Assembly: GCA_964249855.1 (NCBI GenBank)
Contig: CAXUDL010000027.1
Span: 2,953 to 66,952 of the forward strand
Reading direction: 5' to 3'
DNA from: an uncultured Rhizobacter sp.
GTDB lineage: Bacteria; Pseudomonadota; Gammaproteobacteria; Burkholderiales; Burkholderiaceae_C
DNA length: 64,000 bases
Shown here: positions 22,274 through 33,823 of the stretch, in pieces
How positions within the stretch are numbered: the first letter of the stretch is position 1
Layout of the letters: each line of letters starts with the position of its first letter
Program-made: the position numbers and the translations under genes
Notes under the pieces: generated by a model
Database searches by the model: none
The model's input: only the letters and a program-made list of their open reading frames with translations
Told to the model about the DNA's origin: nothing

Positions 22274-23211
22274 GCGAGCAAACCTTTCGTCGCGGCGACC
22301 GAGTCCGGGTCGAGCACCGTCGCGGTCGTGGTGGCGGGCTCGATGCGCTTGACCATGCCGGCAAGGACCTTGCCCGGTCCGCACTCGATCACGTGGAGGA
22401 CCGGGCGGGCGACGATCGCCTGCACCACCTCGACCCAGCGCACCGGCGCGAAGGCCTGCCGGTAGAGCGCGTCGCGGATGCGGTCGGGCGCCGTCTCGAC
22501 CGCGACATCGACGTTGTTGACGACGGCGATCGTCGGTTCGGCGACCGCCGTCGACGCCAGCCGGTCGCGCAGGCGGTCGGCGGCCGGCTTCATCAGGCTC
22601 GAGTGGAACGGCGCCGACACCGCCAGCGGCAGCGCCCGCTTCGCGCCTCTGGCCTTCAGGGCATCGCAGGCCTGGTCGACGCCAGCCCGGCTGCCGGCGA
22701 TCACGGTCTGCTTCGGGTCGTTGAAGTTGACCGCCTCGACGACTTCGCCGGTCGCCGCCGCGACCTCGTTGCAGCCGTCGCGAACCGCCGCAGCGTCGAG
22801 GCCGAGGATCGCCGCCATCGCGCCGACGCCGACCGGCACCGCCTCCTGCATCGCCTGGGCACGGAAGCGCACGAGCGGCAAGGCATCGGCGAGCGTCAGC
22901 GCCCCGGCAGCGACGAGCGCCGTGTACTCGCCGAGCGAATGGCCGGCGACGACCGCCGGGACGAGACCGGTGTCGGCGAGCCACGCGCGGTAGCAGGCGA
23001 TGCCCGCGGTCAGCATCACCGGCTGGGTGTTCGTCGTGAGGTCGAGCTGCTCCTTCGGACCGTCGCGCACCAGCCGGGCGACGTCTTCGTCGAGCGCATC
23101 GGATGCTTCGGCGAGCGTCTGCCGCACGGCCGGATGGTCGCCCCAGGCGTCGAGCATGCCGACGGACTGCGAGCCCTGGCCGGGGAACACGAAGGCGAAC
23201 GGCAGCGTCAT
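22270..23211 (-). CDS. fabD: ACP S-malonyltransferase
   Basis: MTLPFAFVFPGQGSQSVGM and GHSLGEY active site. Start at ATG 23211. Confidence 0.93.
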   Translation of the reverse strand: MTLPFAFVFPGQGSQSVGMLDAWGDHPAVRQTLAEASDALDEDVARLVRDGPKEQLDLTTNTQPVMLTAGIACYRAWLADTGLVPAVVAGHSLGEYTALVAAGALTLADALPLVRFRAQAMQEAVPVGVGAMAAILGLDAAAVRDGCNEVAAATGEVVEAVNFNDPKQTVIAGSRAGVDQACDALKARGAKRALPLAVSAPFHSSLMKPAADRLRDRLASTAVAEPTIAVVNNVDVAVETAPDRIRDALYRQAFAPVRWVEVVQAIVARPVLHVIECGPGKVLAGMVKRIEPATTTATVLDPDSVAATKGLLA

Positions 23212-23290
23212 CGCGGTCCTTCCCTGGAACATGTGGATGGGCCGCGACGGGAGGCCGGGGAGCGTCTCTGATGCACGAGCGGGCGTCGTC

Positions 23291-24280
23291 TCACAGGTCG
23301 AGCAGCACTGCGCCCCAGGTGAAGCCGCCGCCGACGCCTTCGAGCAGCACCGTGTCGCCCTTTGCGATCATGCCGCTCCGGACAGAGTCGTCGAGCGCGA
23401 GCGGAATCGACGCGGCCGACGTGTTGCCGTGGCGGTCGACGGTGACGACGAGCTTTTCCGGCGGCAGCTTCAGCCGCTTGGCGGTGCTCTGCAGGATGCG
23501 GACGTTGGCCTGGTGCGGGATCAGCCAGTCGACGTCGTCGGCAGTGCGGCCGGCCTTCTCGAGCACCGAGCGCGCGACCTCGTCGAGCACGGCCACGGCG
23601 AGCTTGAAGACCGCGGGACCGTCCATCTTCAGGAGCGGGTCGCCGAGGACCGCGCCGCCGGACACGGTGCCCGGCACGCAGAGGATGCCGACGTGGCGGC
23701 CGTCGGCGTGCAGTTCGCTCGCGAGGATGCCCGGCGTCTCGCTCGCCTCGAGCACGACCGCGCCGGCGCCGTCGCCGAACAGCACGCAGGTGCCGCGGTC
23801 CTTGAAGTCGAGGATGCGCGAGAAGACCTCGGCGCCGATGACCAGCGCCTTGCGGGCGGTGCCGGTGCGGATCATCGAATCGGCGACCGCGAGCGCGTAG
23901 ACGAAGCCCGAGCACACCGCCTGCACGTCGAACGCGGCGCAGCCATGGACGCCGAGCTTCTGCTGGACGAGGCACGCGGTCGACGGGAAGATCATGTCGG
24001 GCGTCGACGTGGCGACGATGATCAGGTCGATGGCGGCCGCATCGCAGTCGGCAGCGGCGAGCGCGCGCGTCGCGGCTTCGAACGCGAGGTCGCTCGAGCC
24101 GACGTCGGGCGCGGCGAAATGGCGCGCGCGAATGCCGGTGCGCTCGACGATCCATTGGTCCGACGTCTCGATGCCGTCCGCCGCGAGCTGCGCCGCGAGA
24201 TCGTCGTTCGTCAGCCGGCGCGGCGGCAGGAAACTGCCCGTGCCGGTGATGCGCGAATGGCGGGGCGAAAGGACGTTCAT
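23291..24280 (-). CDS. fabH: 3-oxoacyl-ACP synthase III
   Basis: [18 protein letters not shown]...[23 protein letters not shown] (Cys), HQANVRI (His), GNTSAAS (Asn). Confidence 0.95.
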   Translation of the reverse strand: MNVLSPRHSRITGTGSFLPPRRLTNDDLAAQLAADGIETSDQWIVERTGIRARHFAAPDVGSSDLAFEAATRALAAADCDAAAIDLIIVATSTPDMIFPSTACLVQQKLGVHGCAAFDVQAVCSGFVYALAVADSMIRTGTARKALVIGAEVFSRILDFKDRGTCVLFGDGAGAVVLEASETPGILASELHADGRHVGILCVPGTVSGGAVLGDPLLKMDGPAVFKLAVAVLDEVARSVLEKAGRTADDVDWLIPHQANVRILQSTAKRLKLPPEKLVVTVDRHGNTSAASIPLALDDSVRSGMIAKGDTVLLEGVGGGFTWGAVLLDL

Positions 24281-25410
24281 GCCGTGAGGATCGAGTCGGG
24301 GCCGATGGAGTCTTGCGCCGCGCCGCCGGCCGTCCCGGGCACCGAAGGGCCGACCGGCAGCGTGCGCACGATCCGGTCGTGGACGCGCTCGAGCAAGCCG
24401 TTGCGCGCGGCATCATAAGCCCGGCCCATGGCCCGCTCGAAGGCATAGGCGTCCGACGATCCGTGGGCCTTGAAGACGAGCCCGCGCAGGCCGAGCAGCG
24501 AGCCGCCGCTGTAGCGCCGATGGTCGAGGCGGCTGCGGAAGCGCTTCAGGACCGGCAGCGCCGCGGCCGCCGCCAGCCGCGTCAGGACACTGCGCCCGAA
24601 CTCCTCGCGCACGATCGCGACGAACATCGCCGCCGCGCCCTCGGCGGTCTTCAGCGCGACGTTGCCGACGAAGCCGTCGCAGACGACGATGTCGGTCGTG
24701 CCCTTGAAGATGTCGTTGCCCTCGACGTTGCCGTGGAAGTTGAGGTGGCCGCGCTCGGCCGCCCGGCGCAGCAGTTCTCCCGCCTGCTTGATGATCTCGC
24801 TGCCCTTGATCGCCTCCTCGCCGATGTTGAGCAGGCCGACCGACGGGTTCTCGGTGCCGTCGACCGCCGAGACGAGCGCGCTGCCCATGACCGCGAACTG
24901 CAGCAGGTGCTCGGCCGTGCAGTCGACGTTGGCGCCGAGATCGAGCATCGTCGTGTAGCCGCCGCGCTGGTGCGGAATGACCGCGGCGATCGCGGGACGG
25001 TCGATGCCGGGGAGCGTCTTCAGCACGTGGCGCGACACCGCCATCAGCGCGCCCGTGTTGCCGGCCGAGATGCAGGCCTGCGCCCGGGATTCACCGCCGG
25101 CCTGCGGCTTGGCCTGCTCGATCGCGAGCCGCAGCGACGACTGCCGCTTGCGGCGCAGCGCCACCTCGACCGAATCGTGCATCTCGATCACTTCGGTCGC
25201 CGCGACGATGGTGCAGCGCGGCCAGGCGGCGGCCTCGGCCAGCGCATCGGGTCGGCCGACGAGGATCAGTTCGGCAGTGGGGTGCGCGTCGAGGAAGGAG
25301 CGGCAGGCCGGCAGGGTGACCGACGGACCGTGGTCGCCGCCCATGCAATCCACGGCGATGCGGACGACGGAGACCGGCAGGCGTGTCGCGGCGGCACCGG
25401 CAGCGGTCAT
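24277..25410 (-). CDS. plsX: phosphate acyltransferase PlsX
   Basis: [13 protein letters not shown]..., [18 protein letters not shown] motifs. Overlaps the fabH start (ATGA). Confidence 0.93.
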   Translation of the reverse strand: MTAAGAAATRLPVSVVRIAVDCMGGDHGPSVTLPACRSFLDAHPTAELILVGRPDALAEAAAWPRCTIVAATEVIEMHDSVEVALRRKRQSSLRLAIEQAKPQAGGESRAQACISAGNTGALMAVSRHVLKTLPGIDRPAIAAVIPHQRGGYTTMLDLGANVDCTAEHLLQFAVMGSALVSAVDGTENPSVGLLNIGEEAIKGSEIIKQAGELLRRAAERGHLNFHGNVEGNDIFKGTTDIVVCDGFVGNVALKTAEGAAAMFVAIVREEFGRSVLTRLAAAAALPVLKRFRSRLDHRRYSGGSLLGLRGLVFKAHGSSDAYAFERAMGRAYDAARNGLLERVHDRIVRTLPVGPSVPGTAGGAAQDSIGPDSILTA

Positions 25411-25601
25411 GGCAGGCAGCGGGCGGCTGGCGGGACGTCGGGCCGCGAGGGTCGGCGCTCGCCGGCAGGCGTGTCAGCGGTCCGGGTCGACGGTGACCGG
25501 ACCGCGGCCGCGACGGGCTCGGCAGCGGGCTCGAACCCGCGCCAGCGCCGAACGGCGGGCCGGGCGGGCAGGCGGGGACGCGACAATCGCCGGACGGCGA
25601 A

Positions 25602-25784
25602 TCAGGCGTCGGCCTTGGTCTTCAGCACCTTGCGGCCACGGTAGAAGCCGTTCGGGCTGATGTGATGGCGCAGGTGCGACTCGCCCGTGGTCGGCTCGAT
25701 CGCGGTGCCCGGCGTGCCGAGCGCGTAGTGCGCACGGTGCATGCCGCGCTTCGACGGGGATTTCTTGTTCTGCTGAACGGCCAT
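25602..25784 (-). CDS. rpmF: 50S ribosomal protein L32
   Basis: [19 protein letters not shown]... 60 aa from ATG 25784; the longer track ORF start is not credible. Confidence 0.95.
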   Translation of the reverse strand: MAVQQNKKSPSKRGMHRAHYALGTPGTAIEPTTGESHLRHHISPNGFYRGRKVLKTKADA

Positions 25785-26062
25785 GGTGTTCTCCTGGAGC
25801 CCGATCGCCTCTGGGGCCGGGCGGCAAGCGGTGGGCGGCGGGCCCGGAATGCGACGTTTCGGCGGCAGGCTCCGGTCCGGGTCGTCGGCGCTTCGACACG
25901 CTCGATGCCGAGGCGCAGACCGGGATGCCCTGCTGCCGACCCTCGGGACAAAGCCCGGGTACCGCATCCAAGAGTACCGCTTCGACTACCGCACCCGGAA
26001 GTGTCGCACTCGGATGTGACAGCTCGATCCGCCTTGCCCCGCCGACACGCGCGAAGCCCGCG

Positions 26063-26071
26063 ATTCTAGCA
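26063..26071 (-). promoter_or_regulatory. candidate extended -10 element (TGCTAGAAT) in the yceD-rpmF spacer
   Basis: The minus strand reads GATGCTAGAATCG about 40 nt after the yceD stop. The -35 is poor (TTTCCG at 17 nt). Sequence match only. Confidence 0.3.
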
Positions 26072-26109
26072 TCGCCCGCCGGGCGCGGAAACGGGTGTCG
26101 GCGCCCGCG

Positions 26110-26661
26110 TCAGTTCGGCCGCGGATCGCGCTTGAGCGCCGCCAGCGCGGCGAACGGATTCGCCGGCTCGACGTCGACCAGCGCATCAACCGGTGCGACG
26201 AGCGGCTCCGGGCAGACCGCGTGGCGCGGCACGAGCGGCATCGCAAGCAGGAGCTCGTCCTCGACGAGGTCGCGCAGGTCGAACGCGGCGGTGAGCGCGA
26301 GAACATCGTCGTCGGTGTCGTCGTCGAGCCGGGCCGCCTCGTCTTCGCCCGCGACGAACAGGAAGCTCCGGTCGACCTCGAGCGCCACGGGCACCGGGCC
26401 CAGGCAGCGCTGGCACACCAGCGACATCGACGCCCGGGCGTGCAGGTGCAGCCACGTCTGCGGCGCACTGCCGCGCACCGGCCGGCTCTCGCCGCGGACC
26501 GACCAGGTGGCGGTGTCGGTGCCCGAGACCGGAGCATCGGGCGGCGCGCTTTCCGCCACGCGGACCAGCGACGCGAGCGGCCAGGTGCCGTCGAGTTCGG
26601 CCGCCTGGGTCGCGACCGCGGCCACGTCGAGCCGCCGGGGATCAAGTGCGCGCGAAGTCAT
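26110..26661 (-). CDS. yceD: YceD/DUF177 family protein
   Basis: 183 aa from ATG 26661. CQRCLGPV...RHAVCPEP Cys pairs and an acidic middle segment. Conserved position upstream of rpmF-plsX-fab. Confidence 0.85.
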   Translation of the reverse strand: MTSRALDPRRLDVAAVATQAAELDGTWPLASLVRVAESAPPDAPVSGTDTATWSVRGESRPVRGSAPQTWLHLHARASMSLVCQRCLGPVPVALEVDRSFLFVAGEDEAARLDDDTDDDVLALTAAFDLRDLVEDELLLAMPLVPRHAVCPEPLVAPVDALVDVEPANPFAALAALKRDPRPN

Positions 26662-26700
26662 CGCCGCCGAGTGTAGGCGCGCGGACGGGCGGCGGCGCCG

Positions 26701-27339
26701 ATGGGAGAATCCGCCGCCATGACGCCTGCCGCGCCCGCACCGAGCCCCCGGCTGATCCTCGGCTCGACGTCGCGCTACCGGCGCGAGCTGCTCGAGCGGT
26801 TGCGGTTGCCGTTCGACGTCGTCGCGCCCGACGTCGACGAGACGCCGCGCACCGGCGAAGCGCCCGCCGCGCTCGCGCTGCGGCTCGCGGTCGCCAAGGC
26901 CCGTGCCGTCGCGGCGCAGCACCCCGACGCGGTCGTGATCGGCTCGGACCAGGTCGCCGACCTCGACGGCCAGCCGATCGGCAAGCCCGGCGCGCACGAG
27001 CGCGCGGTCGAGCAACTGCGGCGGATGAGCGGCCGGCGGCTCGTGTTCCAGACCGCGGTGGCGGTCGTCGTCGCCCGACGCGGTTTCGAAGCCAGCGAAC
27101 TCGCCGCCGTGCACGTTCGCTTCCGGACGCTGACCGACGCGCAGATCGAACGCTATCTGCGGCTCGAGACGCCCTACGACTGCGCCGGGAGCGCCAAGTC
27201 CGAGACGCTCGGCATCGCACTCCTCGACGCGATCGAGTCGGACGATCCGACGGCGCTCGTCGGCTTGCCGCTGATCCGCACCTGCCGGCTGCTGCGCCTG
27301 GCGGGGATCGAGCCGCTCGAGGCCGGGCCCGGCCGATGA
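26701..27339 (+). CDS. maf: Maf-like nucleoside triphosphate pyrophosphatase (YceF type)
   Basis: LILGSTSRYRRELLERLRLPFDVVAPDVDE...VIGSDQV...GKPG...YDCAGS motifs. Divergent from yceD, as in E. coli. Confidence 0.88.
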   Translation: MGESAAMTPAAPAPSPRLILGSTSRYRRELLERLRLPFDVVAPDVDETPRTGEAPAALALRLAVAKARAVAAQHPDAVVIGSDQVADLDGQPIGKPGAHERAVEQLRRMSGRRLVFQTAVAVVVARRGFEASELAAVHVRFRTLTDAQIERYLRLETPYDCAGSAKSETLGIALLDAIESDDPTALVGLPLIRTCRLLRLAGIEPLEAGPGR

Positions 27340-28154
27340 CGCCGCCGGGCGCACCGGCGCGGCTCGACGGTCCGCCCGCGAGCGTGGTCGGCGAACGCCT
27401 CGGCACCGTGTGGCTCGTGCCCAACACGCTCGACTTCGGCACGCTGCCGCCCTGGCCCGCGCTGTCGTCGCAGTTGCCGCAGGACGTGATCGAACGGGCG
27501 GCGCGACTGGCGCACTGGGTCGCGGAGAACGCGAAGACGGCGCGCGCGTTCCTGAAGCGCGTCGATGCCGTCGTGCCGCTCGTGCAGCCGATCCAGGCGA
27601 TCGACATCGTCGAGCTGCCGCGGCCCCGCAAGGGCGCCGCCGCGGGCGTTGCCGAGCCCGAGGTCGACCACCTGCTCGCGCCGGCGCGAACCGGCGCCGA
27701 TGTCGGCCTGATCTCCGAAGCAGGCCTGCCGGGCGTCGCCGATCCCGGTGCGGCGCTGGTCGCCGCCGCGCACCGGCTCGGCATCCGCGTCGTCGCGCTG
27801 TCCGGGCCGAATTCGCTGATGCTCGCGCTGGCCGCGAGCGGGCTCAACGGCCAGAGCTTCGCCTTCGTCGGCTATCTGCCGGTCGAGGCGGCCGAACGCG
27901 CCGCGCGCCTGCGCGACCTCGAGGCCGCGTCGCGCCGCCAGCGCCAGACGCAACTCGTCATCGAGACGCCGTACCGCAACGCCGGCCTGCTGGCGGCGAT
28001 GCTCTCGACGCTGCAGCCGGAGACGCGGCTGTCGGTGAGCTGCGGATTGACGCTCGCGGGCGGGTTCTCGCGCACGCTGCCCGTCGCCGGCTGGCGGCGG
28101 GCGGGCGTCGAACTGCCGAGCGACGTGCCGGCGGTGTTCGCGCTGCTTGCGTAG
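27335..28154 (+). CDS. SAM-dependent methyltransferase of the tetrapyrrole-methylase (RsmI-like) fold
   Basis: LISEAGLPGVADPGAALVAAAHRLGIRVVALSGPNSLMLALAASGLNGQSFAFVGYLP resembles the RsmI core. ATG 27335 overlaps the maf stop. Only the C-terminal 272 aa of the 502-aa track ORF are used. Confidence 0.75.
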
Positions 28155-28413
28155 CGCGTGGTCGACGGACAGGCGAGAACGCGTCCTTCATGCCGATGCC
28201 GTCCGCCGCTGCCTCGCGGCGGGCCGGCGTCGCGCTATCGGGCGACGTGCAGACAATGTCGCGCTGCTGGTTCGGCGCCCCGTCGGCGGAGCGGGCGCCG
28301 CTGCCGCGCGTCATCGGACGGTGTCGTCCGTGGTCAGGTGTTCCGGCGCCCAGCCGATTGCGGGTCGACGACGCATGCGACCCGGCCCCGCGGACCATCC
28401 GCACGCGGGCGGA

Positions 28414-29904
<1,491 letters not shown>

Positions 29905-30151
29905 TGATTATCCTCCGTCCGCAAGCTGCGTGGCCAGCGCAGCTGTCCTGGACTTGGTTCCCCGTCCCGTCCCGAGCGCCGCCAACCTCATGGCGCTTTC
30001 TTGGCGACATAGAATCCGCCGCAGCCGTAGGGCCACTTGCCCGGCAAGCGAGAGGTTCTGCGTCTTGGCCGGGCGGCGCCGACCGATTTGAATAACGGCT
30101 AGGCAACGGTCCGGGCACGAGCAGCGACCCGAACATCGACGGAACGATTCA

Positions 30152-30931
30152 ATGAGAGCAGTGATCCTTGCAGGGGGCTTCGGCACTCGGCTCAGTGAGG
30201 AAACGTCGACGCGTCCCAAGCCGATGGTCGAGATCGGCGGCAGGCCGATCCTCTGGCACATCCTGAAGACCTACGCGCATCACGGCGTCAACGACTTCGT
30301 CATCTGCTGCGGATACAAGGGCTATGTCATCAAGGAATACTTTGCGAATTACTTTTTGCACATGTCGGACGTGACCTTCGACATGCGGAACAACCGGATG
30401 GAGGTGCATCAGAAACGCGCCGAACCGTGGAATGTGACGCTTGTCGACACCGGCGACGATTCGATGACCGGGGGCCGGCTGCTGCGGGTCGAGAAGTTCC
30501 TGCGCGATGAGGAAGCGTTCTGCTTTACGTACGGCGACGGCGTGGGCGATGTGGACATCGGCGCGACACTGGCCTTTCACCGTCGACATGGCAAGCTTGC
30601 AACGCTCACGGCGACGCGCCCGCCGGGGCGCTTTGGGGCGCTTGACATCCACGAGGAGGAAGTTCAGAGCTTCACCGAAAAGCCTCAGGGCGACGGCGGA
30701 ATGATCAACGGTGGCTTCTTCGTGCTCAGTCCGGAAGTGCTTCGCTACTGCACGCAGGGAGACGCCACGGTTTGGGAACAGGAGCCGCTGCAGCGGCTTG
30801 CGAAAGAGGGGCAGCTCATGGCGTACGAGCACACCGGCTTCTGGCAACCGATGGACACGCTGCGCGACAAGCACCACCTCGAGGAGCTGTGGACTTCCGG
30901 CAAGGCACCGTGGAAGCTTTGGGATCGATGA
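30152..30931 (+). CDS. rfbF: glucose-1-phosphate cytidylyltransferase
   Basis: [38 protein letters not shown]...GGRL, full-length match in style to RfbF/DdhA. Confidence 0.9.
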   Translation: MRAVILAGGFGTRLSEETSTRPKPMVEIGGRPILWHILKTYAHHGVNDFVICCGYKGYVIKEYFANYFLHMSDVTFDMRNNRMEVHQKRAEPWNVTLVDTGDDSMTGGRLLRVEKFLRDEEAFCFTYGDGVGDVDIGATLAFHRRHGKLATLTATRPPGRFGALDIHEEEVQSFTEKPQGDGGMINGGFFVLSPEVLRYCTQGDATVWEQEPLQRLAKEGQLMAYEHTGFWQPMDTLRDKHHLEELWTSGKAPWKLWDR

Positions 30932-32031
30932 CCGCTTTGCGCGCCGGTCCCTCGGCTTCGCGCCGGCAGCTTCCTGATCCCGCCTACTGGCGCGGCCGGC
31001 GCGTCTTGCTGACGGGGCACACGGGCTTCAAGGGAAGCTGGCTTGCGCTGTGGCTGCAGTCGATGGGCGCGACGGTACGCGGGCTGGCGCTCGAACCACC
31101 GACAGTGCCTTCGCTGTTCGTGGAAGCCAGGGTCGCCTCCGGCATGGACAGCCTCGTTGTCGACGTCGCCGATCGCGCCGGTGTCCAGGCCGCCCTATCG
31201 GCGCACCAGCCGGAGGTCGTACTGCATTTGGCGGCGCAATCCCTCGTGCGCCACTCGTACGTCGATCCCGTGACCACCTACGTCACCAATGTGCTCGGCA
31301 CAGTCAACGTGCTGGAGGCGACGCGACATGTCGCCGGAGTCCGGGCCATCGTGAACGTGACTACCGACAAGTGCTACGAGAACCAAGAGTGGCTCTGGGG
31401 TTACCGCGAGAATGAAGCGATGGGCGGCCGCGACCCTTATTCGAGCAGCAAGGGTTGCGCAGAACTCGTGTCGGCCGCCTACCGCGACTCGTTCCTACGC
31501 GATGCCGGGATTGGCCTGGCAACGGCGCGTGCCGGCAACGTCGTCGGAGGCGGAGACTGGGCCCAAGACCGTCTGGTGCCCGACTTCTTCCGCGCCGCGG
31601 CGGCGGGCACGGCCCTGCGCGTCCGGCATCCGGAAGCGACGCGGCCCTGGCAACACGTGCTCGAGCCTCTCGCGGGGTATCTGATGCTGGCCGAGCGGCT
31701 GCATGCGGGCGAACCGGCGGCGGCTTCGGCCTTTAATTTTGGCCCGTCCGAGAACGACGTCCAGCCGGTGGCAGAGATTCTCGATCGGCTGACGGCCCTA
31801 GTGCCAGGAACGCGCTGGCACGCGGAGAAGTCGGACGAAATGCACGAAGCCGGCCTTTTAAAGCTCGATAGTGCCAAGGCGCGCAGCATCCTTGGCTGGC
31901 GGCCTCGTTTCGACCTCGAGCGGACGCTCGCTACGACAGCGGCCTGGTTCGAGGCGCACTCGCGTGGAGAGGACATGCGCGAGACCACGCTCGCGCAGAT
32001 CGCCGCCTATACGACTCCCGATACGGCATGA
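30928..32031 (+). CDS. rfbG: CDP-glucose 4,6-dehydratase
   Basis: [17 protein letters not shown] (Rossmann), YSSSKGCAE (YxxxK), TDKCYEN. ATG 30928 overlaps the rfbF stop (ATGA). Confidence 0.9.
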   Translation: MTALRAGPSASRRQLPDPAYWRGRRVLLTGHTGFKGSWLALWLQSMGATVRGLALEPPTVPSLFVEARVASGMDSLVVDVADRAGVQAALSAHQPEVVLHLAAQSLVRHSYVDPVTTYVTNVLGTVNVLEATRHVAGVRAIVNVTTDKCYENQEWLWGYRENEAMGGRDPYSSSKGCAELVSAAYRDSFLRDAGIGLATARAGNVVGGGDWAQDRLVPDFFRAAAAGTALRVRHPEATRPWQHVLEPLAGYLMLAERLHAGEPAAASAFNFGPSENDVQPVAEILDRLTALVPGTRWHAEKSDEMHEAGLLKLDSAKARSILGWRPRFDLERTLATTAAWFEAHSRGEDMRETTLAQIAAYTTPDTA

Positions 32032-32600
32032 ATCGTTTCAAACTTATGCGGACCCCAATCGCCGGCGTCGTCCGGGTCGATCGTCACCGCCTGATCGATG
32101 CCCGGGGATTCTTCAGCCGCTTGTTCTGCAGCGACGAGCTCGCCGAAGCCGGGCTCGGTTTTGCCGTCGCGCAGATCAACCACACTCTCACGCATCGGCA
32201 GGGCGCCGCGCGCGGACTTCACTTCCAACATCCGCCCCACGCGGAAGTGAAACTTGTGAGCTGCTTGCGAGGCGCCGTGTTCGATGTCGCGGTTGATGTG
32301 CGCGTTGGTTCGCAGACGTTCCTGCAATGGCACGCGGAAGTTCTGTCGGCCGAGAACGCGCGCTCACTGTTGATTCCGCAAGGATGCGCACACGGCTTTC
32401 AAGCCCTGACGGACGACTGCGAGCTGGTCTACCTGCACTCGCATCGCTACGAGCCGTCCGCGGAGGGAGCGCTCAATCTTCTAGACCCGCGCTTGTCCAT
32501 CCCTTGGCCTGAGCCGCTGACCGAGCTCTCCGACCGCGACCGGGGGCATTCGCTCCTTGGCGCTGAATATCAAGGAATTGAAGTAGGAACACCCAGATGA
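32028..32600 (+). CDS. RmlC-like cupin sugar-nucleotide 3,5-(or 5-)epimerase
   Basis: RGFFSRLF..., GLHFQHPPHAEVKLVSCLRGAVFDVAVDVR, AHGFQAL and YLHS match the dTDP-4-dehydrorhamnose 3,5-epimerase fold. ATGA overlaps on both sides. Confidence 0.8.
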   Translation: MNRFKLMRTPIAGVVRVDRHRLIDARGFFSRLFCSDELAEAGLGFAVAQINHTLTHRQGAARGLHFQHPPHAEVKLVSCLRGAVFDVAVDVRVGSQTFLQWHAEVLSAENARSLLIPQGCAHGFQALTDDCELVYLHSHRYEPSAEGALNLLDPRLSIPWPEPLTELSDRDRGHSLLGAEYQGIEVGTPR

Positions 32601-33823
32601 ACTGCCGCCACTGCGGAGCCGAGCTCACCGCCTGCTTCGCCGACCTCGGCACCGCGCCTCCGTCGAACGCCTACCTGAGCGAGGGCGAACTGGGTCGCCC
32701 GGAGACGTGGTATCCGCTCCGCGTTTTCGCCTGCGATCGGTGCAGGCTCGTGCAGACGGAAGACTATGCCCACCGCGCTGCGCTGTTCTCACCCGACTAT
32801 GCTTATTTCAGCTCATTCTCGACAACTTGGCTCGCTCATGCGGAGCGCTATGTTCAAGAGATGACAGATCGCTTCCGGCTTGGAGCCGAATCGCGTGTCG
32901 TCGAGGTGGCGTCCAACGACGGCTACCTTCTTCGGTTCGTCTGCGAGCGTGGCATCCCCTGCGTTGGCATCGAGCCGACGGCGAGCACCGCGGCGGCGGC
33001 GCGAGCGAAAGGGGTGGAGACGATCGAGGAATTCTTCGGCACCGGGCTCGCGGACCGGTTGGCCGCCGAAGGTCGAACCGCCGATTTGACGGTGGCGAAC
33101 AACGTGCTTGCCCACGTGCCGGACATCAATGACTTCGTCGCCGGTTTCGCACGACTGCTAAAGCCGCACGGTGTCGCGACATTTGAATTCCCGCACCTTG
33201 AGCAGCTTGTAGCGAAGGGCCAGTTCGACACGATCTACCACGAGCACTTCTCGTACCTTTCGCTGATTACGGTCGAGCGGATCTGCCGAGCCAACGGGCT
33301 TCGTGTATTCGACGTCGGGTCGCTGCCCACGCACGGTGGAAGCCTGCGAGTGTTCGCCCAGCGCAGCGACACCGGCGCGCACCCTGTCTCGCCGTCGGTC
33401 GCCGCCTTGCTAGAGCACGAACGCAGCATGGGGGTCGACACCGCCGCGTACTACGCCGGATTCCAGGATCGCGTGGAGTCCATCTGCGATGCATTGCTCG
33501 CCTTCCTGCTCAATGCTCGGGCTGAGGGCCGCAAGGTGGTTGGATATGGTGCGGCGGCCAAGGGCAACACCTTGTTCAATCACGCCGGCGTGCGACGCTC
33601 GCTCGTGCAATGGGTCGTCGACCGAAACCCTGCGAAGCAAGGGAAATACCTCCCAGGTAGCCGAATCCCAGTCGTCGGCGAGGAGCGCCTGCGAGACGAG
33701 CAGCCTGACTTCGTGTTGATCCTGCCGTGGAATCTCAAGGCCGAGGTGGTGTCGCAACTCGCCTACATCCGGGATTGGGGTGGCCGCTTCGTCACGGCCG
33801 TCCCTTCGCTCGCGATCGAATGA
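32597..33823 (+). CDS. NDP-hexose C-methyltransferase (TylCIII-like: Zn-ribbon + class I MTase + C-MTase C-domain)
   Basis: N-terminal CRHCGAEL...CDRCRLVQ zinc ribbon, YAYFSSFS, SAM box VVEVASNDGYLL and HEHFSYLS, hallmark motifs of the sugar 3-C-methyltransferase family as I recall it. Confidence 0.75.
   Translation: MNCRHCGAELTACFADLGTAPPSNAYLSEGELGRPETWYPLRVFACDRCRLVQTEDYAHRAALFSPDYAYFSSFSTTWLAHAERYVQEMTDRFRLGAESRVVEVASNDGYLLRFVCERGIPCVGIEPTASTAAAARAKGVETIEEFFGTGLADRLAAEGRTADLTVANNVLAHVPDINDFVAGFARLLKPHGVATFEFPHLEQLVAKGQFDTIYHEHFSYLSLITVERICRANGLRVFDVGSLPTHGGSLRVFAQRSDTGAHPVSPSVAALLEHERSMGVDTAAYYAGFQDRVESICDALLAFLLNARAEGRKVVGYGAAAKGNTLFNHAGVRRSLVQWVVDRNPAKQGKYLPGSRIPVVGEERLRDEQPDFVLILPWNLKAEVVSQLAYIRDWGGRFVTAVPSLAIE

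Noticed and set aside
29990-30060. Possible JUMPstart/ops (GGCGGTAG) antitermination element and a TAGAAT -10 upstream of rfbF
   Set aside because: The closest string is CAGCCGTAGGG, not the ops core. The TAGAAT at about 30009 has no convincing -35. The evidence is too weak to annotate.
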